From Planctomycetota bacterium (lineage in GTDB: Bacteria; Planctomycetota; B15-G4; JADJEK01): a stretch of DNA of 41,630 bases. This document shows positions 17,606 through 26,038 of this stretch, in pieces. Below the pieces are notes generated by a model that searched no databases, was not told where the DNA came from, and saw only the letters and a program-made list of their open reading frames with translations. Position 1 is the first letter of the stretch. Every line of letters begins with the position of its first letter. Both the position numbers and the translations under genes were made by a program. The stretch lies in NCBI GenBank assembly GCA_044225365.1, contig JBGAIQ010000048.1:1-41630 (forward strand). Reading direction: 5' to 3'.

Positions 17606-18508
17606 CTACGCCGTTCCCAAACGTCGTCGCAGACTGCGCGTGAGGAAGGTGTCCCCGGCCGCCATAGCCTGGAGCACTTCGATGACTTCCTCGCCGGCTC
17701 GCTCGTTCTCGACCACCGCGAACATCGCGGAGCCGCTGCCGCTCACGTGAAACGGGCGCCCGGTCGCTGCTGAGATCTCGTCCTGCTTTCTCGCGAGCAT
17801 CGGGAACACCTGTCGGAAGGGTGCGGCCAATGCGTTGAAGAATGCCGGTGGACGTCCGCGATCGGATCGTCCCAAGTCCTCGAGAAAGCGGTGTAAATCT
17901 CGTTTAGGCGTTGTCAAGTCGCAACTTAGCGACTTGTAGATAAGAGGGGTCGGGGATGTTACGCGGGGGAACAGCACGACGAACGTCTGCGCGGGCACAT
18001 GGGAGTCGTCGAGCGGTTCGATTTTCTCCCCGCGGCCGCGTGCGATCGCCGTTCCGCCGGTAAGGAAGAAAGGGATGTCGGATCCCAAGGATCCAGCGAC
18101 GAGTTCGAGGTCTGCGTGCTTCAAGGGATGGTCTTCCAGGGTGTTCAACGCAGTGAGGACACCCGCTGCATCGGAAGAACCACCGCCGAGACCTGCGCCT
18201 GCAGGAATGATTTTCTTCAGATCCAGCTTCAGACCGAAGCGGCGTGTCACGGCTGAGAAATACGCCTCCGCCGCGCGCACGGCGAGGTTCGTCCCATCGG
18301 CGGGCGCGGGATATCCCGTCGTCGCGATCTCGATCGCCGTTCCGCGCGTGCGCTCGATCACGATCTCGTCGCACAGATCGATCGCGTGCATGACCGTTTC
18401 GATCTCGTGGTAGCCGTCGTCGCGCTTGTACAGGACTTCGAGGAAGAGGTTCAGCTTCGCGGGCGGTCGAACTCGAACGGAATCGGCGCCGATTCGCGAG
18501 ACGTTCAC
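17606..18508 (-). CDS. ispE: 4-diphosphocytidyl-2-C-methyl-D-erythritol kinase
   Basis: Motifs PAKLNLFLEV...DGYHEIET, KIIPAGAGLGGGSSDAA, LGSDIPFF, GRGE and SGSGS. The GTG start at 18508 overlaps the panC stop (GTGA). Confidence 0.93.
   Translation of the reverse strand: MNVSRIGADSVRVRPPAKLNLFLEVLYKRDDGYHEIETVMHAIDLCDEIVIERTRGTAIEIATTGYPAPADGTNLAVRAAEAYFSAVTRRFGLKLDLKKIIPAGAGLGGGSSDAAGVLTALNTLEDHPLKHADLELVAGSLGSDIPFFLTGGTAIARGRGEKIEPLDDSHVPAQTFVVLFPRVTSPTPLIYKSLSCDLTTPKRDLHRFLEDLGRSDRGRPPAFFNALAAPFRQVFPMLARKQDEISAATGRPFHVSGSGSAMFAVVENERAGEEVIEVLQAMAAGDTFLTRSLRRRLGTA
17890..17917 (-). promoter_or_regulatory. Candidate internal sigma70 promoter within ispE, directed toward spoVG
   Basis: The minus strand reads TTGACA-16 nt-TACACC inside a locally AT-rich patch of an otherwise GC-rich gene. 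The -10 match is imperfect. Confidence 0.45.
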
Positions 18509-19365
18509 GATCCAGCTCCGAGGATCACGTTGTCGAGCAAGCGCGTCTTCTCGACGCGCGCCGCGAGGAGCATGAGGTCGCCCGCGCGAGCCGTCGGCGT
18601 GTCGGCGAAGGCCGTCGGCTCGACGAGCGCGAGGTAGTCGACGCTCGCTCTCGGCTCGGTCGCCAGCTCGTCGCGCGCGATCGCGAGCAACGCCTGCGAG
18701 TCCCGCTCGCCGACATCGAACCTTTGCTTCGCCGCGAACAGCGCGCGAGACAACACGCGGGCTGCCGCGCGGCCTTCGGGGCCGAGGTACGCATTGCGAC
18801 TCGACATCGCGAGGCCATCGGGCTCGCGCACGATGGGGCACACTTCGATTTCGAGCGGGAAGTCGAGGTCCTGCGCCATGCGTCGGATGAGGAGCGCTTG
18901 TTGCGCGTCCTTCTGCCCGAAGAACGCGACGTCGGGATCGACGATCAGGAAGAGCTTGGCGACGACGGTGAGCACGCCGTCGAAATGGCCGGGCCGCTGC
19001 GCACCCTCGAATCGCTCCGCGATCTTCGAGTGGACGACCTTCGTCGCGAAGCCCGGCGGATACATCTCGTTCGCCTGCGCGGCGAAGATCGCATCGCACC
19101 CGACTCTCGACAGCAGATCGCGATCCTTGTCGAGATCGCGGGGATACTTCGAGAAGTCCTCGTTCTTCCCGAACTGGAGCGGGTTGACGAAGATCGAGAC
19201 GATCACTCGCGAACAGCGTTCCTTCGCCGCCCGCACCAGCGAGAGATGACCGTCGTGGAGCGCGCCCATCGTCGGCACGAAACCGATCGTCTCGCCCTCG
19301 GTCGCGAAACGGCGCGAGAGTGCGCGCATGGCGCGAATCGAGTCGACTACGGGAATCGCCGTCAC
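18505..19365 (-). CDS. panC: Pantoate--beta-alanine ligase
   Basis: Motifs IGFVPTMGALHDGH, SIFVNPLQF, EDFSKYPR, RPGHFDGV, FGQKDAQQ, REPDGLAMSSRN and RLLDN. The GTG start overlaps the upstream TGA. Confidence 0.95.
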   Translation of the reverse strand: MTAIPVVDSIRAMRALSRRFATEGETIGFVPTMGALHDGHLSLVRAAKERCSRVIVSIFVNPLQFGKNEDFSKYPRDLDKDRDLLSRVGCDAIFAAQANEMYPPGFATKVVHSKIAERFEGAQRPGHFDGVLTVVAKLFLIVDPDVAFFGQKDAQQALLIRRMAQDLDFPLEIEVCPIVREPDGLAMSSRNAYLGPEGRAAARVLSRALFAAKQRFDVGERDSQALLAIARDELATEPRASVDYLALVEPTAFADTPTARAGDLMLLAARVEKTRLLDNVILGAGS

Positions 19366-20684
19366 GTCCGGCTCTTGGCTCGCAGTTCGGTTCGCAGCGT
19401 CGAGAGGTCCTTGCCCGTGACGGGATCGATGACGCGCGGGGCGACCTCGGCCGCGGGCTCGAGGACGAATCCCCGTTCGCGGAATCGCGGATGCGGCAGC
19501 ACGAGTTCCGCACTCTCGCAAATCACTCCGCCGTAGAGCACCAGATCGAGGTCGAGCGTCCGCGGCCCGTCCTTCACGCTGCGTTCGCGTCCGCGAAGGC
19601 GTTCGATCTCGAGGAGGCGCCGTAGCAGGTCGAGCGGCGCGAGTCGCGTGCGCATCGACGCGACGCCGTTCAGATACGGTCGCTGCGGTGGACCGCCCTC
19701 CGGCTCCGTCTCCACGAACTTCGACACGCCGACGAATTCGGTGTTCGGCAGCGCCTTGAGCCGCTCGATCGCGAAGTCGAGATGCTCGTTGCGATCGCCG
19801 AGATTGCTGCCGAGCGCGACCAGGGCGGGCACGGGCAGCTCGCGCTCGCCCTCGAGCGAATCGTCCTCGTCGCCCGTCCTCGGGTCGAGGAACTTGCGGC
19901 CCATCATCTTCTCGGTGAGAGCGAGGAGCGGGCCCGCGATGGTGTAGCCGCCGAAGACGACGAAGAACGCGACCTCGTGATTGCTGACGACGAGGAAGAT
20001 CGCGATCAGCATCGTGAGGAGATGGAAGAACGGGCGCCGACCGCGGAACCACCGCGAGACGACGTGCACGTACTCGACGCGACTCACCATCAGGATGCCG
20101 AGGAGCGGCATCATCCACAGCATGCCGCGCACGAGGGCGACGCGAGTGCTCGGATCGACGTTCTTGAGAGGCGAGCCCTCTTCGTAGATCAGGAACACGG
20201 CCGAGGCGACGACACCCGCGGCGGCGGGCGACGGCAGACCGAAGAACTTGTCGTGCGACTCGTCGTCGTTGTCGGTCTCGATCGTGAAGCGCGCGAGGCG
20301 CAGGAGCGCACAGGTCGCGTAGAGGAACGTGATGACGAGCACGACCTTCTTGGGCGTCGTGAGGTTCGCGCCGTCCATCGTGTGTTCGTAGATCACCTTC
20401 GTCAGCAGCGCGGGAGCGATGCCGAAGGTCACGAGGTCGGTCAGCGAGTCGAGCTGCGCGCCGAAATCGGACGCCTGATTCGTGATCCGCGCGATCTTGC
20501 CGTCGAGTGCGTCGAACACCATCGCGAGGAGGATCATCGACGCCGCCATGAGGACGTGCGTCTCGAAGTTCTGAGGCTGTGCTATCGCATCGGCGCACTT
20601 CGCGATCGCGAGGTAGCCGCAGAACGTGTTGCCGAGCGTGCACAGCGCAGGCAGGACGGCGACGGGTTTGAAGCGTGGACTCAT
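19362..20684 (-). CDS. pssA-folK: Fusion of CDP-diacylglycerol--serine O-phosphatidyltransferase (PssA) and 2-amino-4-hydroxy-6-hydroxymethyldihydropteridine diphosphokinase (FolK)
   Basis: One frame of 440 aa. PssA motifs are LPALCTLGN, DALDGKIAR...FGAQLDSLTD, LRLARF and FFGLPSPAAA. An acidic linker follows, then FolK motifs ALGSNLGDR, YLNGV, GPRTLDLDLVLY and LPHPRFRERGFVLEP (about 19362-19832). Confidence 0.88.
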   Translation of the reverse strand: MSPRFKPVAVLPALCTLGNTFCGYLAIAKCADAIAQPQNFETHVLMAASMILLAMVFDALDGKIARITNQASDFGAQLDSLTDLVTFGIAPALLTKVIYEHTMDGANLTTPKKVVLVITFLYATCALLRLARFTIETDNDDESHDKFFGLPSPAAAGVVASAVFLIYEEGSPLKNVDPSTRVALVRGMLWMMPLLGILMVSRVEYVHVVSRWFRGRRPFFHLLTMLIAIFLVVSNHEVAFFVVFGGYTIAGPLLALTEKMMGRKFLDPRTGDEDDSLEGERELPVPALVALGSNLGDRNEHLDFAIERLKALPNTEFVGVSKFVETEPEGGPPQRPYLNGVASMRTRLAPLDLLRRLLEIERLRGRERSVKDGPRTLDLDLVLYGGVICESAELVLPHPRFRERGFVLEPAAEVAPRVIDPVTGKDLSTLRTELRAKSRT

Positions 20685-20729
20685 GCCGTCGATTGTAGCC
20701 GGCGGTGGTTGCGTTATCGTGGAGCGCTC

Positions 20730-21236
20730 ATGAACATGAATTGGAAATCGCCGGACTCGCTGCCCACCCTGCGATCGGCCGCACTCGATCTCCCGGGACT
20801 GACGGATGCGCTGCTCGCCATGCGCGGCGCGAATCTCCTGATCCATCACTTCGCGACCTGGTGCGATCCGTGCGAGGACGAACTGCCGCTGCTCGGTCCG
20901 CTCCTTCGCGACTGCGCGAGCGGGACTCGGCCCGTACGGCGCGTCGCGATCTCCTGGGATCTCTTCCTCGTCCCCGCGGGCGAATCGCAGGTGATCGCGG
21001 CGTGCACCGAATTCCTCGCAAGGCACGGCGCTCCGTTCGACGATCTCATCGTCTACACCGGAGCTCCCGAAGAACTGTTCGAGAGTCAGCGAATCGAAGG
21101 GCGCACCGTTCCCTTCACCGAACTGCGGTCCGCGCAAGGTGAACGGGTGGCCGAATTCCGCGATCCGGTGTTCGAAGAGGCCGAGCGCAAGCGGTTGTCG
21201 GCGGCCATCTCGTCGCTGCAGAAGGAACTCGCATGA
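20730..21236 (+). CDS. Thioredoxin-fold (TlpA-like) redox protein
   Basis: Motifs LIHHFATWCDPCEDELP, VAISWD and cis-Pro-like TVPFT. GGAG precedes ATG 20730 and the stop overlaps the next ATG. Confidence 0.8.
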   Translation: MNMNWKSPDSLPTLRSAALDLPGLTDALLAMRGANLLIHHFATWCDPCEDELPLLGPLLRDCASGTRPVRRVAISWDLFLVPAGESQVIAACTEFLARHGAPFDDLIVYTGAPEELFESQRIEGRTVPFTELRSAQGERVAEFRDPVFEEAERKRLSAAISSLQKELA

Positions 21237-21706
21237 AGAAGTCGAAGAGCGCCTCGGACTCGCCGCAGCGAGCGTTCTTGGATGCCGGTTCCGTCTACCT
21301 CACGCGGCGCGCCCATTTCTCTGCGAGCCATCGGCTCCATCATCCGGGGCGTTCGGAAGCGTGGAATCGCAAGGTCTTCGGGATCTGCAACAATCGAAAC
21401 GGGCACGGGCACAACTACGTCATCGAGGTCACGGTCTGCGGCGAGGTCGATCCCGAATCGGCGATGGTGTTGAACCTGCGCGACCTGAAGCGGGTGATCG
21501 AGCGCGAGATCCTCCTGCCGTGCGACCACAAGCATCTCAATCACGACGTTCCGTGGCTGCTGCGGATCAACCCGACGGCCGAGAATCTCGCGATCGCTTT
21601 CTGGCGAAGGCTCGAAGGGAAGGTCGCTCCGGCCCGGCTCTTCTGCGTCCGACTGCTCGAGTCGGAAGACAATCGCGTCGAGTACTTTGGACCTTCCGCC
21701 CGATGA
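21233..21706 (+). CDS. queD: 6-pyruvoyl-tetrahydropterin synthase / 6-carboxytetrahydropterin synthase family (PTPS-II-type motif)
   Basis: Motifs HFSASHRL, FGICNNRNGHGHNY, GEVDPESAMVLNL, DHKHLN, PTAENLA and VRLLES. The family is secure; the subfamily is discussed in findings. Confidence 0.85.
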   Translation: MKKSKSASDSPQRAFLDAGSVYLTRRAHFSASHRLHHPGRSEAWNRKVFGICNNRNGHGHNYVIEVTVCGEVDPESAMVLNLRDLKRVIEREILLPCDHKHLNHDVPWLLRINPTAENLAIAFWRRLEGKVAPARLFCVRLLESEDNRVEYFGPSAR

Positions 21707-21898
21707 CGAAGCCCCGATGAGTGGGTGTTGAGATGAGATTTCGATCCCGCTCCGGGCATCGCAGGCGTAGGCGTCAGCGCTGGATCGTTTTGGGGCGGCT
21801 CGTCCCGATTCGATACGCCGATTCGGCGGTCGGAGTCGAGATCGAGCGGAAAGCGGGGCACGCTCGGTGCACCATTGCCGATTCCTACCGCGCGGCGC

Positions 21899-21914
21899 GG
21901 GCACGGCGATTGCA
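21899..21914 (+). promoter_or_regulatory. Candidate sigma54 (-24/-12) promoter upstream of the response regulator
   Basis: gGGCACGgcgaTTGCA matches TGGCACG-N4-TTGCW with exact GG-N10-GC spacing (GG 21900-21901, GC 21912-21913), about 55 bp before ATG 21969. Confidence 0.6.
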
Positions 21915-21968
21915 TCCCGCCCGGCGCTGCCAACGCTCACGCCGAGGACCTTGCGTTCATCCGTTCTC

Positions 21969-22346
21969 ATGAAGACGCTGCTGCTCGCCGAAGACGATCC
22001 CCACATCTCCCTCCTCGTCGGGTACGCGCTCGAACGTCTGGGATGTCGGATCGAGTCGTTGGCCGATGGGCGCGAGGTGCTCGCTCGCTTGTCGAGGGCG
22101 CCCCTTCCCGACGTCGTCGTCCTCGACGTCAACCTGCCCGGACTCAGCGGATTCGAGATCCTGAGGGCGATCAAGGAGTGCGAGGATCTCCGCCCGATTC
22201 CCGTGCTGATGCTCTCCGCGGCCTCCCACGAATCGTCGCGGGAACAGGCGCGTCGCCTCGGCGCCATTGGTTTCATCGAGAAGCCCTTCGACGTCGGCAA
22301 GCTCGCGGCACTCGTCGAAGGAGCGATGAGCGCGGGCCGCGCGTAG
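21969..22346 (+). CDS. Single-domain response regulator (CheY-like receiver)
   Basis: Motifs LLLAEDD, PDVVVLDVNLPGLSGFE, PVLMLSA and GAIGFIEKPF; no output domain. Confidence 0.9.
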   Translation: MKTLLLAEDDPHISLLVGYALERLGCRIESLADGREVLARLSRAPLPDVVVLDVNLPGLSGFEILRAIKECEDLRPIPVLMLSAASHESSREQARRLGAIGFIEKPFDVGKLAALVEGAMSAGRA

Positions 22347-22413
22347 GCAGGGCAGTCTCGCCCGGCGCTCCGCGCGGTCCGCTCTCGTGTCGATCGCGAT
22401 CCTCGTTCCGCGA

Positions 22414-24234
22414 TCAGTGCTGCGCCCGACTCAACTCGAGGTCGTAGCCCGAGCCGATCTCGGACCCGCTCGCGCCAGGGAGTGCGAACCGCACTCGTCC
22501 GCTCGATGCGTTCGCGCCCTTCGAGAAATGCAGCGACGTTCGCCACCGCAGGGTATCGGCGTCGAGGCGATCGAAGGGAGCGCTTGCGCGATCACCGTGG
22601 TCGATGCTGTCGCGAGTCGCCGGCGCGTTCATGGCGGCGCACGTGAGGTCGAGCGTGTCCCCACCTTCGAAGTCGTGTCCCGCCGCGAGGGTGAAGAAGC
22701 GTCCCGTGAACTGTGCGCTGACCATGGGATTGCTCATCGAGGCGTGATTCGCGACGTCCACGTCGGCGTCCACGAGCACCGCTTCCTCGACGCCGTGGAA
22801 TGCGATCGCGTTCCCCATGGCCGCAGGCAGGCAAAAGATCGCCCGCTTCCCCGTGTCGTCCGCGTCGCCCCCGCCGACCCGCGGTGAGGCCACGCCCACG
22901 AAGTCGCGAGCGACCGGAGAGGCGTGGAGCCCTGCGACGACTCGATCGGCGATCTCGCTCGCCGTCTTGGGAGCCCCGACGACGAAGAGGAATCCGCGGT
23001 GCACGTCCACGCTCGCGCCGTTCGCGGAATCGCTGGTCGCGGATTCGACCGCAGCGGCGACCTCGACCGGCGCGACGTCGGGCATCGCGGCGGCTTCGAT
23101 GTCGATCGGCGCCCATAGCTCGGGTTCATCGTACGCCCGCAACGTGGCGCGGGGCGAGGATGCGGAAAGGGGAAGCGTCGGCATCCTGCCGTCGCCTCGC
23201 ATCGTGCTCGCGAAATCGCGGACCGCGACTTCGAGGTCGCCGGCCCGGAAGGTCGGCGCGGCTGCGCCGACGCTCTCGACCGTGAACGCGAGGAGAAGGC
23301 CCCGCTCGTCGTCCCCGTTGCCCGTGAGCGGAGCGACGAACGCGACGCGGGTCGTGCCCGTGGCGAGGACGCTCGTTCCGGCAAGGGTCTGGAAAGCGAT
23401 CGTCGGCGCCTCGACGAACCCCGGATCCTTGCGCGCGAGTTGCGTGTGCCCATCGCTGACGAGGTCGGTGATCGACGTCACTTCGATGCGGCGCAGCGGC
23501 CTCTTCTCGAACGTGTTGCGGGCGCCGAACGTGAGCAGCGCCTGGCCGTCGATCGTGACGTCCGCGCGGGCGCAGAGTGTGAAGCCGAGGGAATAGGTGT
23601 CGACGATCGGGTCGTGGATCGCCGCGGAGTCCGCGATCTCCACTTCGAAGTCGGCGAGATACGACCGCTCGCGAGTGCGAGCGAAGGTCGACGGAACTCC
23701 CGCGATCAGGTGCAGCGTATTGCTGATTCGCGGCACGAGGACCTTCTTCGCCTGGAGCTGCGCGATCGCGCCCTTCGCGTCGGCACTCGCACCGAGGGAC
23801 GAGAGGGCGTCGTCGTAGCCGACGACATCGTAGGCGTCGAAGCGCAGCTCGATGGGGCGCCGGAAGTGGGTGCCGAGGAACGCGAGGAAGTCGCGCACTC
23901 GGGTCTGCGTCTCCTGCGGTGCGGTGACGACGAGCGCCGGACTCTGCTCGTCGAATGCTGCGATCGAGCGGCCGGGGGACTGCCATTCCTCCGGGGAGAT
24001 GGCGCGCCGCACCAAATCGGCGATCTCGTCGCAGGTGACTCTGCGCGCGTCCGCGATGGGTTGCGTCTCGGCGATGTTGTTGTACATGCGCCCGCCTCCG
24101 GCGAACGCGATCGAGGGCATCACGGCGTGGCCGGGTTCGCGCGGAGCGATGACCGAATCGAGCGGGTAGCTGACGCGCACGATGCCGGTGGGTGCATCGG
24201 TGGACAGGAGCAGCATCAGGATCGGAGCGAGCAT
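22414..24234 (-). CDS. Uncharacterised secreted protein with an internal duplication, weakly secretin-like
   Basis: AGGAG RBS and hydrophobic N-terminus MLAPILMLLLST. An N-domain-like segment ALVVTAPQETQTRVRDFL is present, plus the repeated motifs SYLADFEVEIADSAAIHDPIV and VLVDADVDVANHASMSNPMV. Confidence 0.65.
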   Translation of the reverse strand: MLAPILMLLLSTDAPTGIVRVSYPLDSVIAPREPGHAVMPSIAFAGGGRMYNNIAETQPIADARRVTCDEIADLVRRAISPEEWQSPGRSIAAFDEQSPALVVTAPQETQTRVRDFLAFLGTHFRRPIELRFDAYDVVGYDDALSSLGASADAKGAIAQLQAKKVLVPRISNTLHLIAGVPSTFARTRERSYLADFEVEIADSAAIHDPIVDTYSLGFTLCARADVTIDGQALLTFGARNTFEKRPLRRIEVTSITDLVSDGHTQLARKDPGFVEAPTIAFQTLAGTSVLATGTTRVAFVAPLTGNGDDERGLLLAFTVESVGAAAPTFRAGDLEVAVRDFASTMRGDGRMPTLPLSASSPRATLRAYDEPELWAPIDIEAAAMPDVAPVEVAAAVESATSDSANGASVDVHRGFLFVVGAPKTASEIADRVVAGLHASPVARDFVGVASPRVGGGDADDTGKRAIFCLPAAMGNAIAFHGVEEAVLVDADVDVANHASMSNPMVSAQFTGRFFTLAAGHDFEGGDTLDLTCAAMNAPATRDSIDHGDRASAPFDRLDADTLRWRTSLHFSKGANASSGRVRFALPGASGSEIGSGYDLELSRAQH

Positions 24235-24325
24235 CTTCCATCTCCTATTCGAAACGAGAACGAAACGAAGGGGGTGAGCGCGCGGCGAGCGCAGCGCGCG
24301 AGAGGGATCGGAATCGGTCGCAAGT

Positions 24326-26038
24326 TCAGGGTTCGGGAAGCGCCTTCTGCAGTCGCTTCGCCAGGTCCAGGGTCTCGAGCGGACTCGGCGGCGAGCCCTC
24401 GCGCTTCCAGCGGGTGGCGAGTTGGCCCGCGCGCTGTCGAGCGATGAAGAACGATGCGGGGTCCTTCGCCGCGCTCTCGGCGGTAGAACCCGAGAGTGGA
24501 GCGTCGATGCGCATGGCCGCGACGAGTGCCCGTGACGCCAGGACGGCATCGCCCGTCGTGGCCGCGCGAGCCGTCAGTGCGAGGATGATCGAAGGATCGA
24601 GCCGATCGCGGCCGGCGAGGGCGAACGCGCAGTCGATGCGAGTCTCGAGCGGGATCTGCTCGGCGCCCACGATCTGCTCGAGGATCGCGTACTCGGCGTC
24701 GCCACCGGAAAGGAGCGCGGCGACGAGCGGTTCCGAGGTGTCCTTCGAGGCGAGGGCGCGGATCGCAGCCGCGGTGGGATCGAGGAACCCGAAGAGCAGG
24801 CGGCAGGCCGCGGCGTTCGCTTCGTCGATCCCGATGCTGCGGCGCGCCGGAGCCGCGAGGAGCGACGCGAGCGCCTTCTCGCTCCCGATCGTGACGATCG
24901 AGCGCAGGGCGGATTCGCGATGACTCGGCAGCGCGACGGCCGTGAGCAGGGGCGCGAGAGCGGCGTCGCCGAAGGCGGGAGCGCGGCGAATCGCGGCCTC
25001 CAGCAGTTCGTCGTCGCGACTCGAACGCAGGATCCCGGCGATCTGCTCCGCCGTCGGGAGATGGTGCGAAGCGAGCGCGTCGCGGGCCACGAGATCGCCA
25101 CGCTCGGCGCGGCGCAGGAGTTCGCGAATGCCCGAATCGCCCATTCCGAGGAGAGCGGTGACCACTTCCTCCGTCGAGGCCGGGTCGTCGAGCGAGCGTG
25201 CGAGCGCCGCGGCGGCATCGCCGCTTCCGACGAGCCGCAGGCTCTGCGCCGCGGCGGGAGCCAGCGATCGATCGGCGAGCGCGCGCTCGAGTTGCGGTAG
25301 CGCGGCGGCGTCGCCGAGCGCACCGAGCGCGATGAGCGCGGGGCCCGCCGTCGGCGCTCGATGCGCGGCGCGACGCAGTGCGGGCAGTGCGGAGGGAACA
25401 CGCAGTTCGACGACGCCGCGAATCGCCGCGGCGGCCACGGCGGGATCGGCATCGTCGATCGAGAATCGAACGAGCTCGTGGATGGGCCAGCGATCCGCGA
25501 CGAGCGACGCCACTTCCTTCGTGAACACGTCGGCGAACGAATCGCTCGCGTTCGCGAGTAGGAGCGCGGAGCGGATCTGGGTCCGCGCGGCCGCGAGGCG
25601 ATCGACATCGACCGATTCCCCCGGCACGGAGCGCGCTTCTAGCACGGTCTCGCCGGACTTCGCGACCATCGAATCGGGAACGGACGTGCGGGATCGCGCG
25701 AACAAACACGCGAGGACGACCCCGGCGGCCGCGACGAGGATCGCCGCCACGCGCCGCGACGCAGGCTCGGTCGCGCTGCGGTGTGCAGTTTCCGGGTCGG
25801 CGAGCGTCCGTCGCACGCCCTCGAGGATCCGCGATTCGAATTCGATGTCGAATCCCGCGCCGACGCCGCGATGCAATGCTTCCTCGAGATCCTGTTCGAA
25901 ACGCACCGCGCGGCGGCAATCCTGGCACGTGTCGAGATGGCGTTCGAAGGCGAGGCGTTCGATCGTCTCGGTCGTGGAGTCGAGGTACCGCTCGAGGGCC
26001 GAGCGCTCCTTGCGGCAGCCGTATCGCGATCGCTTCAT
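24326..26038 (-). CDS. Zinc-finger (ZAS, HxxxCxxC) anti-sigma factor with a TM helix and HEAT-like repeats
   Basis: C...FERHLDTCQDC; TM VAAILVAAAGVVLACLF; Ala/Leu-rich HEAT-like repeats (ALGALGDAAALPQLERAL). ATGA overlap with the sigma gene. Confidence 0.8.
   Translation of the reverse strand: MKRSRYGCRKERSALERYLDSTTETIERLAFERHLDTCQDCRRAVRFEQDLEEALHRGVGAGFDIEFESRILEGVRRTLADPETAHRSATEPASRRVAAILVAAAGVVLACLFARSRTSVPDSMVAKSGETVLEARSVPGESVDVDRLAAARTQIRSALLLANASDSFADVFTKEVASLVADRWPIHELVRFSIDDADPAVAAAAIRGVVELRVPSALPALRRAAHRAPTAGPALIALGALGDAAALPQLERALADRSLAPAAAQSLRLVGSGDAAAALARSLDDPASTEEVVTALLGMGDSGIRELLRRAERGDLVARDALASHHLPTAEQIAGILRSSRDDELLEAAIRRAPAFGDAALAPLLTAVALPSHRESALRSIVTIGSEKALASLLAAPARRSIGIDEANAAACRLLFGFLDPTAAAIRALASKDTSEPLVAALLSGGDAEYAILEQIVGAEQIPLETRIDCAFALAGRDRLDPSIILALTARAATTGDAVLASRALVAAMRIDAPLSGSTAESAAKDPASFFIARQRAGQLATRWKREGSPPSPLETLDLAKRLQKALPEP

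Noticed and set aside
17606-20643. Apparent long N-terminal extensions on IspE (635 aa) and PanC (712 aa)
   Set aside because: The extensions are off-frame read-through of the upstream genes. GTG starts overlapping the upstream stops give normal-length proteins. In the PssA-FolK case, by contrast, both halves are real domains in one frame.
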